Positions 38,866 through 47,359 of a stretch of DNA of 64,000 nucleotides are shown piece by piece; position 1 is the stretch's first letter, and every line of letters starts with the position of its first letter. Below the pieces are notes generated by a model, which ran no database searches, was not told the DNA's origin, and was given only the letters and a program-made list of their open reading frames with translations. This DNA comes from Bacillota bacterium. GTDB lineage: Bacteria > Bacillota_I > Bacilli_A > RF39 > UBA660. The DNA is taken from contig SVAK01000001.1 of NCBI GenBank assembly GCA_015059445.1, positions 25,951 through 89,950 of the forward strand. Reading direction: 5' to 3'. A program made the position numbers and the translations under genes.

Positions 38866-41361
38866 ATGAATATTTTATCAATTTTTTCAATTTTAGCTGG
38901 ACCCTTTTCTGGATTAGAAGGCAGTGAAATAATAATCAATTTTTTACTTTTAATTGATTCGAAAATTTATGAATTATTTGGTTATTTATATGGTTTATAT
39001 ATATCAATAGCTAGTGCGAAAATATTTAATGTCGAAGTTTTTGATTATTTTGTTAAAAATATTTATATTATTTTTGGGGTAGTAGCTTTATTTATTCTTG
39101 CTTTCTTTCTATTACAAAATGTTGTAAATCCAGAAGGAAATGGCACCAAAGATGCAAAAGATTTTATTATGCGTTTTGTCTTGGCAATTGGATTAACATT
39201 TTTGATTCCATTCTTTTTTGATTTTCTTTATGACTTTCAATATTCTATTTTAAAATACGGCACTATACCCAAGATTACTCTAAGCGAAGCTAGAAATACT
39301 ATTGTAGAAGTGCCAATATATTATAAAAATGAACTTGGTCAATATTTTTGCGAAGATCTAACAACTTTTTATGATGAAAAAACTAATCCATGCAAAATCT
39401 ATTCTACTGTCGAAAAAGTAGATAAAGGTGAAGCAGTACTTCGCGCATACGGTTACGGTATAGCATATGATGTATTTAGTGGTTTTCTCTATCCATCTGG
39501 GCTAGTTGCAGACGATGAACTCGTAATAAATGCTAGTGACTATTTTACAGCTGAGAGAGGTGCCTCATGGGGAATTTGGGGATGTATTGCTGGAGCTGGG
39601 CTAGTTGCAGTTGGAGCTGTAGTTACTTATTTTACCGGAGGTCTAGGGGCTGTTGGAGGTTTTATTACTGCTAAAACAGGTACCGCAATGGTGTTAGGGT
39701 GTCTTGGCCTCGGTGCCTTAGGGGGAGTGGCCAATGCTGTGGGTGGCGTAATTGATGCCGAAAAATATCCATGGACTAGTATAGTACAAAGTATGGAATA
39801 TATGGGAGATTATTCTTTAGTACCAGCACTAGATGGTGCTATTGTTACCGGCCATATAGAATATTCACCTATTATTTCTACTGTTGCTGGTATCATTTTA
39901 GTGTATTTAATATTTAGTTTTTGTCTTGATTTGGGTGTAAGAGCTGCTAAATTAGTTTTATATCAACTATTAGCACCATTAAGTTTTATTATAAGCGCAA
40001 TTCCATCAAAGAAAGATTTAATGTCCAAATGGTTTAAAGCTGTTTTTACAATTTGGATGGAGGTTTTTATAAGAATAGTTTGTGTTTGTGGCGTAGCAAT
40101 GCTAATCCGAAATTTAAATTTGGGTGAGTTTGAGAGTTTAGGCGGCTTAGCTAAAGCTATTATTGTTTTAGGTTTAGTAACATTTGCTAAACAGTTTCCT
40201 AGATTGTTGGGAGATATACTTGGTTTTGATTCAGGAAACTTGAAATTAGGTATAAAAGAAAAATTAGCTGAAGGTGGTGCATTTACTGCTGGAGCATTAG
40301 TTGGAGCTGGAGCGACAGCACTTTTAAGAAATACTGTAGCAGGAGCAAAAGGTGTCAAAAATAAGTTCTTGGAAAACAAAAAAGCATTAAATGATGCTGG
40401 TAAAACAGGTTGGAAGGCTAATTTGGCTGCTGCTTGGCAGTCTAAAGGAGCAGCTGGTAAAATGCTTGGATCTATGGCTGCTGGAACGGTATCCGGAGCT
40501 TTCAGAGGTGGTAAAGCTGGATGGTCTGCCAAAAATTGGGGTGATATGACATCAGCAGCTGGTAAAGGCGCAAAAGGTGCTACTGATGCAAGAATAAAGC
40601 GAGCAAGTTACAAAGCTAGCCACGGAGGTACTATTGGTGGAGCTTTTGAAGGACATTTCCATGACATGCTTCAAGGTGGAGCAAAATGGCTTGGAATTGA
40701 AGAAGACTACACTGTGCTTCAAGCCGAGCAAAATAGCGCTGATTCATTATTAGCATCAGTAAAAAAAATTGGGGATATAAGCGAAGATTATATTGTTAAA
40801 CATCAGAGTGAATTTTTTGCGAAATTAACTGAGGATCAAGAAAATGCTATTGCAGAACTTAGAAAGAAAATTGCAAATACTAGTCCTCACCGTAAAGATA
40901 AGATACAAAAATATGAACAACAAATAGCTCAAATTCAAGCATCAACAAGATTAGATTATTTAGAAGCGGCTATTAAAGAAGCTGAAAAGTCTGGAGATGC
41001 AATAGCAATTGCTGAGGCAACTAATAGATATAAAAAAGCTTTTAAAGATATTAAAGATGGATTTGCATCTTCAGTATTTTCACATGAGGGAGCTAGTAAG
41101 GAAGCAATTGCTATTCAAGCAGAATTGGATAGTATCAATAATAAATTGCGTGAAGAAGTCAATTCTCAAGTTGTGTCATTGTTAAGATCAGGTAGAGCAA
41201 ATGAAGCTGGTAAAACTATTGTTGGTGCACAAGAAGGAGATGTAAGAGCTGATAATGCTGCCGATTTCTTGAAACAATTAAAGTCTGCTGCTGAAGTAAC
41301 TACTGCTGAAATAAGTGCTGAACGTTCTAAACTTGAAAGAAGACAAAAAAAAGATAAATAA
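38866..41361 (+). CDS. VirB6-like polytopic membrane protein of Gram-positive T4SS (TcpH/PrgH/ConG-like), 831 aa
   Basis: Multiple TM helices including a Gly/Ala-rich membrane segment (GIWGCIAGAGLVAVGAVVTYFTGGLGAVGGF...). A roughly 350-aa C-terminal Ala/Lys/Gly-rich coiled-coil domain. Its size and its position before the VirB3/VirB4-like genes fit the family. Confidence 0.55.
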   Translation: MNILSIFSILAGPFSGLEGSEIIINFLLLIDSKIYELFGYLYGLYISIASAKIFNVEVFDYFVKNIYIIFGVVALFILAFFLLQNVVNPEGNGTKDAKDFIMRFVLAIGLTFLIPFFFDFLYDFQYSILKYGTIPKITLSEARNTIVEVPIYYKNELGQYFCEDLTTFYDEKTNPCKIYSTVEKVDKGEAVLRAYGYGIAYDVFSGFLYPSGLVADDELVINASDYFTAERGASWGIWGCIAGAGLVAVGAVVTYFTGGLGAVGGFITAKTGTAMVLGCLGLGALGGVANAVGGVIDAEKYPWTSIVQSMEYMGDYSLVPALDGAIVTGHIEYSPIISTVAGIILVYLIFSFCLDLGVRAAKLVLYQLLAPLSFIISAIPSKKDLMSKWFKAVFTIWMEVFIRIVCVCGVAMLIRNLNLGEFESLGGLAKAIIVLGLVTFAKQFPRLLGDILGFDSGNLKLGIKEKLAEGGAFTAGALVGAGATALLRNTVAGAKGVKNKFLENKKALNDAGKTGWKANLAAAWQSKGAAGKMLGSMAAGTVSGAFRGGKAGWSAKNWGDMTSAAGKGAKGATDARIKRASYKASHGGTIGGAFEGHFHDMLQGGAKWLGIEEDYTVLQAEQNSADSLLASVKKIGDISEDYIVKHQSEFFAKLTEDQENAIAELRKKIANTSPHRKDKIQKYEQQIAQIQASTRLDYLEAAIKEAEKSGDAIAIAEATNRYKKAFKDIKDGFASSVFSHEGASKEAIAIQAELDSINNKLREEVNSQVVSLLRSGRANEAGKTIVGAQEGDVRADNAADFLKQLKSAAEVTTAEISAERSKLERRQKKDK

Positions 41362-41381
41362 ATTGAAGGAGGAATAAAAGG

Positions 41382-41699
41382 GTGAATAATTATTTAATAC
41401 CAGCCAATACAAAGAAATCCCAATTAATTTTAGGTTTCTTTACTCTGACAGATTTAATTATATTTATAGTTGGAGTTGTATGGTCATTTATAATGTTAGT
41501 ACTTATAAAATCATTAAATTTACCAGTTTTAATTTTAATAATGCTACCGGCATTAATTGCAACATTCTTAGTAATGCCGGTACCGCATTATCATAATATA
41601 TTGCAATTACTAACTAATATATTTAGTTTTTATACTAATAGAAGACAATATTTTTGGAAAGGATGGTGTATTCATGAAGGAAACAACTCAAGTAAATAA
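41382..41699 (+). CDS. VirB3-like small membrane protein (PrgI/ConD-like), 105 aa
   Basis: GTG start after GAAGGAGG. Two TM helices. Sits immediately upstream of, and overlapping, the VirB4 gene. Confidence 0.45.
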   Translation: MNNYLIPANTKKSQLILGFFTLTDLIIFIVGVVWSFIMLVLIKSLNLPVLILIMLPALIATFLVMPVPHYHNILQLLTNIFSFYTNRRQYFWKGWCIHEGNNSSK

Positions 41700-42237
41700 T
41701 GGCGCAAGGTTTACAGATGCTTGGTTACCAGTTAGACAAATCATGAATGGAATGATTCAACTTGATAGTGGTTACTATGTTACCGGTGTTAAGGTTCATC
41801 CTAAGAATATATTTATTATGGATCAACAAGCTCAAGACGGTATGGTTTATAATTTAAGAAATTTTTACAATACTATAGATTATGAATTTTGGTTAATCAT
41901 AGCTGATCGACCAGTTGATATTAATTTATACTTAGCAGAACTTCAAAGAATGTATAATAATACTACTAGTAATGAAATTAGAAAATTAATATTACAGGAT
42001 ATTAATAAAGCCAATCAATTCATGAGCATTGAATATAATGTTGTGGATACTGAATATTATTTGATTTTCCAAGAAAAAAAATTGGAAGTATTACAAAAGA
42101 AATTACATAATATGATAAGTGGACTTGCCTCATGTGGATTACAATCTACTCAAACAAGTAATAGTGATTTAAGGGTTATTTTAGATAATTTATTAAATGG
42201 GGGAGAAACAATTAATTTTGGGACGGTGATGTACTAA
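41674..42237 (+). CDS. VirB4-family ATPase, N-terminal domain as a separate 187-aa ORF
   Basis: Overlaps the upstream gene by 26 nt. Ends in TAATG overlapped by the start of the next ORF. 187 + 594 aa together give the usual length of about 780 aa for a Gram-positive VirB4 (TcpF/PrgJ/ConE). Confidence 0.5.
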   Translation: MKETTQVNNGARFTDAWLPVRQIMNGMIQLDSGYYVTGVKVHPKNIFIMDQQAQDGMVYNLRNFYNTIDYEFWLIIADRPVDINLYLAELQRMYNNTTSNEIRKLILQDINKANQFMSIEYNVVDTEYYLIFQEKKLEVLQKKLHNMISGLASCGLQSTQTSNSDLRVILDNLLNGGETINFGTVMY

Positions 42238-44021
42238 TGGGTTTAAGAAGTGAAATAGCTCCGAGAGGAATGGAATTTAAACCAACTGAGTTTAGAATTG
42301 GTGGAAAATATTCTACCATTATGACAATAGTTACTTTTCCCAAAAATATCTATGTAGGTTATTTATCTGATATTACTAGTATATCTGGTGTAAAAGTTGT
42401 AGTAAAACATATTCCAATTCAATTTAGTGTTTTACAAAAAATGATTAATAAAGAAATTGCGGATTTAAAAACTAGATATCAAGCAGAAAAAGATCAAACA
42501 ATGCAAGAAAAATTACGTCAAGATTATGAATCTTTAGAACAATTTGTTAGTATGTTAGCTGCTACTTCTGCTAGAATATTTGATTTTCAAATGCATTTGA
42601 TGATTACTGCTGATAGTAAAGAAGAATTAGATATTAAGAAAATGGAAGTTAAGAGTTATTTAAATGCCATGGGCATGAGTGGAGTAGCTTTAATGTTTGA
42701 ACAAGAAAAAGTTTTAAAAAGTATTATTCCAATATTTCCAAAACAAGATATTGAAGAAAGAATTGGTACTCCAATTCCTTCTGTCACAGTAGCAGCGATG
42801 TATCCATTTGTTTTTGATAGTATCAAAGATCCTGGACCAGCTTGTCTATTTGGTGTAGACTTTTCTGGAGGAGTAGTATTATTTAATCAGTTCCTATATC
42901 AATTAAGAAAAGAACATAACCGTAATAATGCTAATATGATTTTACTTGGTACATCAGGGAGTGGTAAATCAACTGCAGCAAAATTACTATTAAGAACTCA
43001 TATTAGAAATGCTTGTAAAATTGTTGCAATAGATCCTGAAGGCGAATTAGAAGAAATGTGTAACACTCTTGGTGGAGATTTCTTGGATTTAGGTAAAGGT
43101 GGAGAATTCGGAATGATAAATCCACTGGAAGTTGTAGTAGATGTTGATGAAGAAGAAATAAGTCAAGGATTAGGTTATACAGTTTTAACAAGAACTATTC
43201 AACAATTAAAAGCTTTTATGAAGTATTATAGTCCTTCTATAGAAGAAGACGTTTTAACTTTATTTAGTGAAGTTGTTCAAGATACTTATAAAAGATATAA
43301 AATAGATTACAATACAGATTTTACTAAGTTAACTAGTGAAATGTTCCCAACTTTTGATGATGTTTATGCCACAATCAAAGGAAGATTATTATCAATGGTT
43401 GATGCAACTCATGAAAGAGATGTAATGGAAAGATTAGAACTTAAAGTAAGACCATTAATTAAAGAATTAAGATATTATTTTACTGGACACACTACAATTC
43501 AAATTAATAGTGATTTTATAGTCTTTAATATCAAAGAATTAATGAATAGTGATGAAAATATTAAAAATGCTTTATTCTTTAATATATTAAAATATGCTTG
43601 GGGATTATGTTTAGAAAAAGATGTTAATACAGTAATGATGGTGGATGAAGCACATACATTACTAACAACTCATAACGAGCTCGGTGCTGAATTCTTATCA
43701 CAAATTCAAAGACGTAGTCGTAAATATAACACAGGAACTATTATAATTACGCAACAACCAACCGATTTTGCAGCGCCAAATATAATTCAACATGGTAAAG
43801 CAATATTTGATAATGCTAGTTATTATCTAATTATGGGTCTTCGTAAACAGGCAGTTGATGATTTAGCTCAATTAATTGATTTAAATGAATCAGAAAAAGA
43901 AAGTATTAAATTCTATCCACAAGGTCAAGGTTTATTTGTATGTGGTAATAGAAGAATGAGAATTAATGTAGTGGTAACTCAGGAAGAACTAGATTCATTT
44001 GGTTCTGGAGGAGGATTCTAA
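42237..44021 (+). CDS. VirB4-family T4SS ATPase, C-terminal (NTPase) part
   Basis: Walker A LLGTSGSGKSTAAK, Walker B VMMVDEAHTLL and the RSRKYNTGTIIITQQPTDF motif typical of VirB4/TraC. Confidence 0.8.
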   Translation: MGLRSEIAPRGMEFKPTEFRIGGKYSTIMTIVTFPKNIYVGYLSDITSISGVKVVVKHIPIQFSVLQKMINKEIADLKTRYQAEKDQTMQEKLRQDYESLEQFVSMLAATSARIFDFQMHLMITADSKEELDIKKMEVKSYLNAMGMSGVALMFEQEKVLKSIIPIFPKQDIEERIGTPIPSVTVAAMYPFVFDSIKDPGPACLFGVDFSGGVVLFNQFLYQLRKEHNRNNANMILLGTSGSGKSTAAKLLLRTHIRNACKIVAIDPEGELEEMCNTLGGDFLDLGKGGEFGMINPLEVVVDVDEEEISQGLGYTVLTRTIQQLKAFMKYYSPSIEEDVLTLFSEVVQDTYKRYKIDYNTDFTKLTSEMFPTFDDVYATIKGRLLSMVDATHERDVMERLELKVRPLIKELRYYFTGHTTIQINSDFIVFNIKELMNSDENIKNALFFNILKYAWGLCLEKDVNTVMMVDEAHTLLTTHNELGAEFLSQIQRRSRKYNTGTIIITQQPTDFAAPNIIQHGKAIFDNASYYLIMGLRKQAVDDLAQLIDLNESEKESIKFYPQGQGLFVCGNRRMRINVVVTQEELDSFGSGGGF

Positions 44022-44046
44022 AAAAGCTATTCAATAGCTTTTTTTT
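44022..44046 (+). terminator. Rho-independent terminator after VirB4, followed by an extended -10 promoter (TGgTAAAAT, 44048-44056)
   Basis: Inverted repeat AAAAGCTATT / AATAGCTTTT, then a T-run. Confidence 0.5.
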
Positions 44047-44079
44047 ATGGTAAAATAGTTACAAATAGGTGGTAATCAT

Positions 44080-46506
44080 ATGGAAAAAGAACGTGTTATA
44101 AAAAAAGCTGAAAAATTAGGGATAACCACGTCCAGCAGCAATAGTTTAGAAAAATTAGAAGAAATTGCTCATCAATTAGGATTAGAAAATTTTAACCCAT
44201 TAAGTGATATTAAAATGTTGGAAGATGTTTTGGATGCCGAATTAGCTAATAGTACAGAAGAATTTTTAGATACCGAAGAGATGCCACAAGAGGAATATTT
44301 GGAAGAAGTCCCATCATCAGTTTCTGATTACAGAGATGAACTACCACAAAGTACAGAAGATGAAAAAACTAACGATGACCCAGAAAAAACGAAAAATGAA
44401 AAACAACCTGATGATTTAAAAAAAGAAGAACAAGAGAAAAAAAAGGAAGAATCTCCAGATTCCAAAAAAAATGATCCATCAGAGGAAGTTAATAAAAAGC
44501 CAGATGGTCAGCAGAATAAAAATATAAAAGATAACAATAATTTAAAAAAGGATCAAACCAAAGATGCTTTATCAAAACCAAAGCGTCAAAATCAACAATC
44601 CCAAAATTTTGGGAAGCAAAAAAATAGTTTATTACCAGGCGAAAAAGTTACAAAAGCGAAACCTAATAATTTTTTTGATAGTTTAAAAAATAAATTTTTA
44701 AAACCTAATGCAGGTAAAGGTAAAGGGTTAAAAGATTTAGGAAAATCAATTGCAAACATAGGTAAAACAATCTTTTCATTTTTGAAAGCTCATCCTATGG
44801 TTTTAATCGTAATAGTTTTTATTTTGTTATTTATAATTATTTTGTTTTTTGTCTTATTTTTTTTCATGGATTCAGATGGAAACTCATCAGCTAGCAGTTC
44901 AAATAATAGTTCAGTAGGTTATTATGATTCTAAGTGTAACTTTAATGATGTTAAAGTCATTTATCAAGAGCAGAGAAACGGAGAATCACAATCGGATTAT
45001 TTAGATGATTTTGTAAAAAAAATTGCTTATAATAATGTAAATTCTGGTACTTTAAGTGATGATCAGCTAAAAGCTTATTTAATAATGCTTAAAACCAATG
45101 TTTTAAGTCTGGGCACATATAATAGTGATGACAATACTATAACATGTAATGAAAGTGTTCAGGAAATTGATAACCCGGATCAAGGTATAGAAGAAAGAAT
45201 AAATGATATATATACAAGTGTTAGTGAACAATTATATCTATCTAAAGATTTTACTGGCACTTTTAAAGACTTAACTGAAAATAATGCAGTTATTATAGAT
45301 TTCGCCACTTTATCAAGCAGTACAGGAAATTATGAAGAAGTTTTAAAGGAAATGTATTCATCAGATAATTATGAAATTTATAATTTGGAAGATAATTGTA
45401 CATTTTATACTGTAACTGAAAATGATGCTTATTGGTGGCCTATTGGTAGCGCAAGTCCTACAAATGGGAATATTTATGGAGGAGAACCAGTTACTATTAA
45501 CGTATCATCTAAATATGGTATGAGAGATCACCCAATTGATAATGTTCGAAAAATGCATAATGGTATTGATATTAGTGATAAAAAAGATAATTGTGGAGAA
45601 GTAATTATAGCAGCTAAAAGTGGTACTGTAACAGGTACGAAGTTTGAAAAAAATGGTTTTGGTTATTATGTTGTAATAGACCATGGCGATGGAATAAAGA
45701 CAAGATATGCCCACATGCAAGCTGATTCTTTTGCTGTATCAGTAGGGGATAAAGTTGTACAAGGTCAAAAAATAGGTTTAGTTGGGACTACTGGTAAATC
45801 TACAGGATGCCACTTGCACTTTGAAGTAGTTGTAAATGGTAAAAGAGTGGATCCATTAAATTATGTAAGCACTGATAATCCTAGAGGAGTTAATAAATAT
45901 TCATTAGCACCGGTTAATGATGCCGTAACCGGAAAAGACGATGTTAAACAAGAAATATGTAGAGTATTTTTAAAAAGTGGTTTTTCTGAGAATTCTGTAG
46001 CAGGTATGTTAGTTAACATTCAAGTAGAAGGAAGCTTTAAAACCAATAACTTAGAAGGATGTTATGAAGAAAATCGCTGTTGTAAAAATGGCACATATGG
46101 ATTTTGTAAACACCCAGAAATAACAGGATTTGGTAGTGACGAATTATATACAAGTGGAGTTGATTCTGGTGCTTACCCAAGGGACAAATTTATTAGTGAC
46201 AGAGCCGGTTACGGATTAATTCAATGGACATCAAAAGGAAGAAAAACTGGTTTATATGATTATGTTAAAAGCCAAAATAAATCAATTGGATCATTAAGTG
46301 GTCAGTTGGGATATTTATTAGAAGAATTAAAAGAATATCCTAAAACTTATAAATATGTTACAGGTAATTATTCAGCTTATGATATTGCAAATAATTTTTG
46401 TTTAGACTTTGAAAGACCATCCAATAAGGAAGTAGGATGTCCAAGAAGAGCAAATAATTATTCTAGTACAATGTTGACTTACGTACAAAATGGATGTAGC
46501 GATTAG
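44080..46506 (+). CDS. Membrane-anchored cell-wall hydrolase of the T4SS (PrgK/CwlT-like): M23 peptidase plus a lysozyme-like C-terminal domain
   Basis: About 165 aa of highly charged KE/D-rich N-terminus, a TM (MVLIVIVFILLFIIILFFVLFFF), then an M23/LytM domain (HNGIDIS, TRYAHMQ, GCHLHFEV). The C-terminal domain carries a GYGLIQWT motif like phage-tail/lysozyme-like muramidases, plus Cys clusters. Confidence 0.7.
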   Translation: MEKERVIKKAEKLGITTSSSNSLEKLEEIAHQLGLENFNPLSDIKMLEDVLDAELANSTEEFLDTEEMPQEEYLEEVPSSVSDYRDELPQSTEDEKTNDDPEKTKNEKQPDDLKKEEQEKKKEESPDSKKNDPSEEVNKKPDGQQNKNIKDNNNLKKDQTKDALSKPKRQNQQSQNFGKQKNSLLPGEKVTKAKPNNFFDSLKNKFLKPNAGKGKGLKDLGKSIANIGKTIFSFLKAHPMVLIVIVFILLFIIILFFVLFFFMDSDGNSSASSSNNSSVGYYDSKCNFNDVKVIYQEQRNGESQSDYLDDFVKKIAYNNVNSGTLSDDQLKAYLIMLKTNVLSLGTYNSDDNTITCNESVQEIDNPDQGIEERINDIYTSVSEQLYLSKDFTGTFKDLTENNAVIIDFATLSSSTGNYEEVLKEMYSSDNYEIYNLEDNCTFYTVTENDAYWWPIGSASPTNGNIYGGEPVTINVSSKYGMRDHPIDNVRKMHNGIDISDKKDNCGEVIIAAKSGTVTGTKFEKNGFGYYVVIDHGDGIKTRYAHMQADSFAVSVGDKVVQGQKIGLVGTTGKSTGCHLHFEVVVNGKRVDPLNYVSTDNPRGVNKYSLAPVNDAVTGKDDVKQEICRVFLKSGFSENSVAGMLVNIQVEGSFKTNNLEGCYEENRCCKNGTYGFCKHPEITGFGSDELYTSGVDSGAYPRDKFISDRAGYGLIQWTSKGRKTGLYDYVKSQNKSIGSLSGQLGYLLEELKEYPKTYKYVTGNYSAYDIANNFCLDFERPSNKEVGCPRRANNYSSTMLTYVQNGCSD

Positions 46507-46518
46507 GAGAATAGATAT

Positions 46519-47298
46519 ATGAATAATTCAAAAAAGAAAATTTTAATAGGAATAGCAGTAATATTATTATTAGTTACATTAATTGTTATCTTTTTAGGAA
46601 ATCGCGAAAAAGAACCTATTGATAATAAAAATAATGGTACCCCAGTGGCAGAAATATCTAAAACTTTTTCTAAAGTAAATGATTATAAAGAATATTTTAG
46701 TATTGAAAATACAATAAGTCAAACTTTAGCACTTACTGAAGCGTTCTTTGCTAAAGAAATATACACTAATAATGATAGTACAACCAGATACTATTTTGTG
46801 AATGGATGTATCACTGAAGTATTAATGGATGATGAAACTACAAATTATAATAAATCAGTTAATTATTTATTAATTGTGGGAATGCGTAATAATAATTATG
46901 AAATTGTAAATTTAAGTAATAATATTTCAGATTTATTAGATTATGCGAAAAAATATGATGTTAAACATCAGGAAATTAATACTGGTCAAAGACTTGCAAA
47001 TGGTATTGATAATATTCAAAATATTCTTATAACGTATATAGAATACTTTAAAGAGATGTTGTTTTTTGATCCAGAATTAGCATATAATATGTTAACTGCG
47101 GATACAAAAAATAAATATTTAAATTATGCTGATTTTTATAATCAAATACCAGATGTTTATAATAACTTATCTTCTGCTATATTTGCTTATAGTAAGAAAG
47201 AAAAAGAAGATATTATAGAATATTATATAAAAGACGATAGTCAAAATGATATAAAGATTATTGAGTATGATATTATGAACTTTAAAATTAGTTATTAA
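46519..47298 (+). CDS. Membrane-anchored extracytoplasmic protein, VirB8-like candidate (PrgL/TcpC/TraM position)
   Basis: N-terminal TM (ILIGIAVILLLVTLIVIFL) followed by about 230 aa of soluble domain. The call rests on gene order between the hydrolase and the coupling protein. Confidence 0.3.
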   Translation: MNNSKKKILIGIAVILLLVTLIVIFLGNREKEPIDNKNNGTPVAEISKTFSKVNDYKEYFSIENTISQTLALTEAFFAKEIYTNNDSTTRYYFVNGCITEVLMDDETTNYNKSVNYLLIVGMRNNNYEIVNLSNNISDLLDYAKKYDVKHQEINTGQRLANGIDNIQNILITYIEYFKEMLFFDPELAYNMLTADTKNKYLNYADFYNQIPDVYNNLSSAIFAYSKKEKEDIIEYYIKDDSQNDIKIIEYDIMNFKISY

Positions 47299-47306
47299 AA
47301 TATTTT

Positions 47307-47335
47307 TTGATATTAAGTATTATTTATAGTATAAT
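47307..47335 (+). promoter_or_regulatory. Consensus sigma-A promoter TTGATA-17-TATAAT upstream of the coupling-protein gene
   Basis: -35 at 47307-47312 and -10 TATAAT at 47330-47335. RBS AGGAGGAG and GTG 47360 follow. Confidence 0.6.
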
Positions 47336-47359
47336 AAGACGTGAATTAGGAGGAGTAAC

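Noticed and set aside
39963-40532. 189-aa minus-strand ORF (MADHPALPPLKAPDT...) inside the VirB6-like gene
   Set aside because: It is antisense to the locally GC-rich Gly/Ala-coding stretch of the 831-aa gene. Its Ala/Pro-rich translation is the typical mirror artefact. It has no RBS or promoter context.
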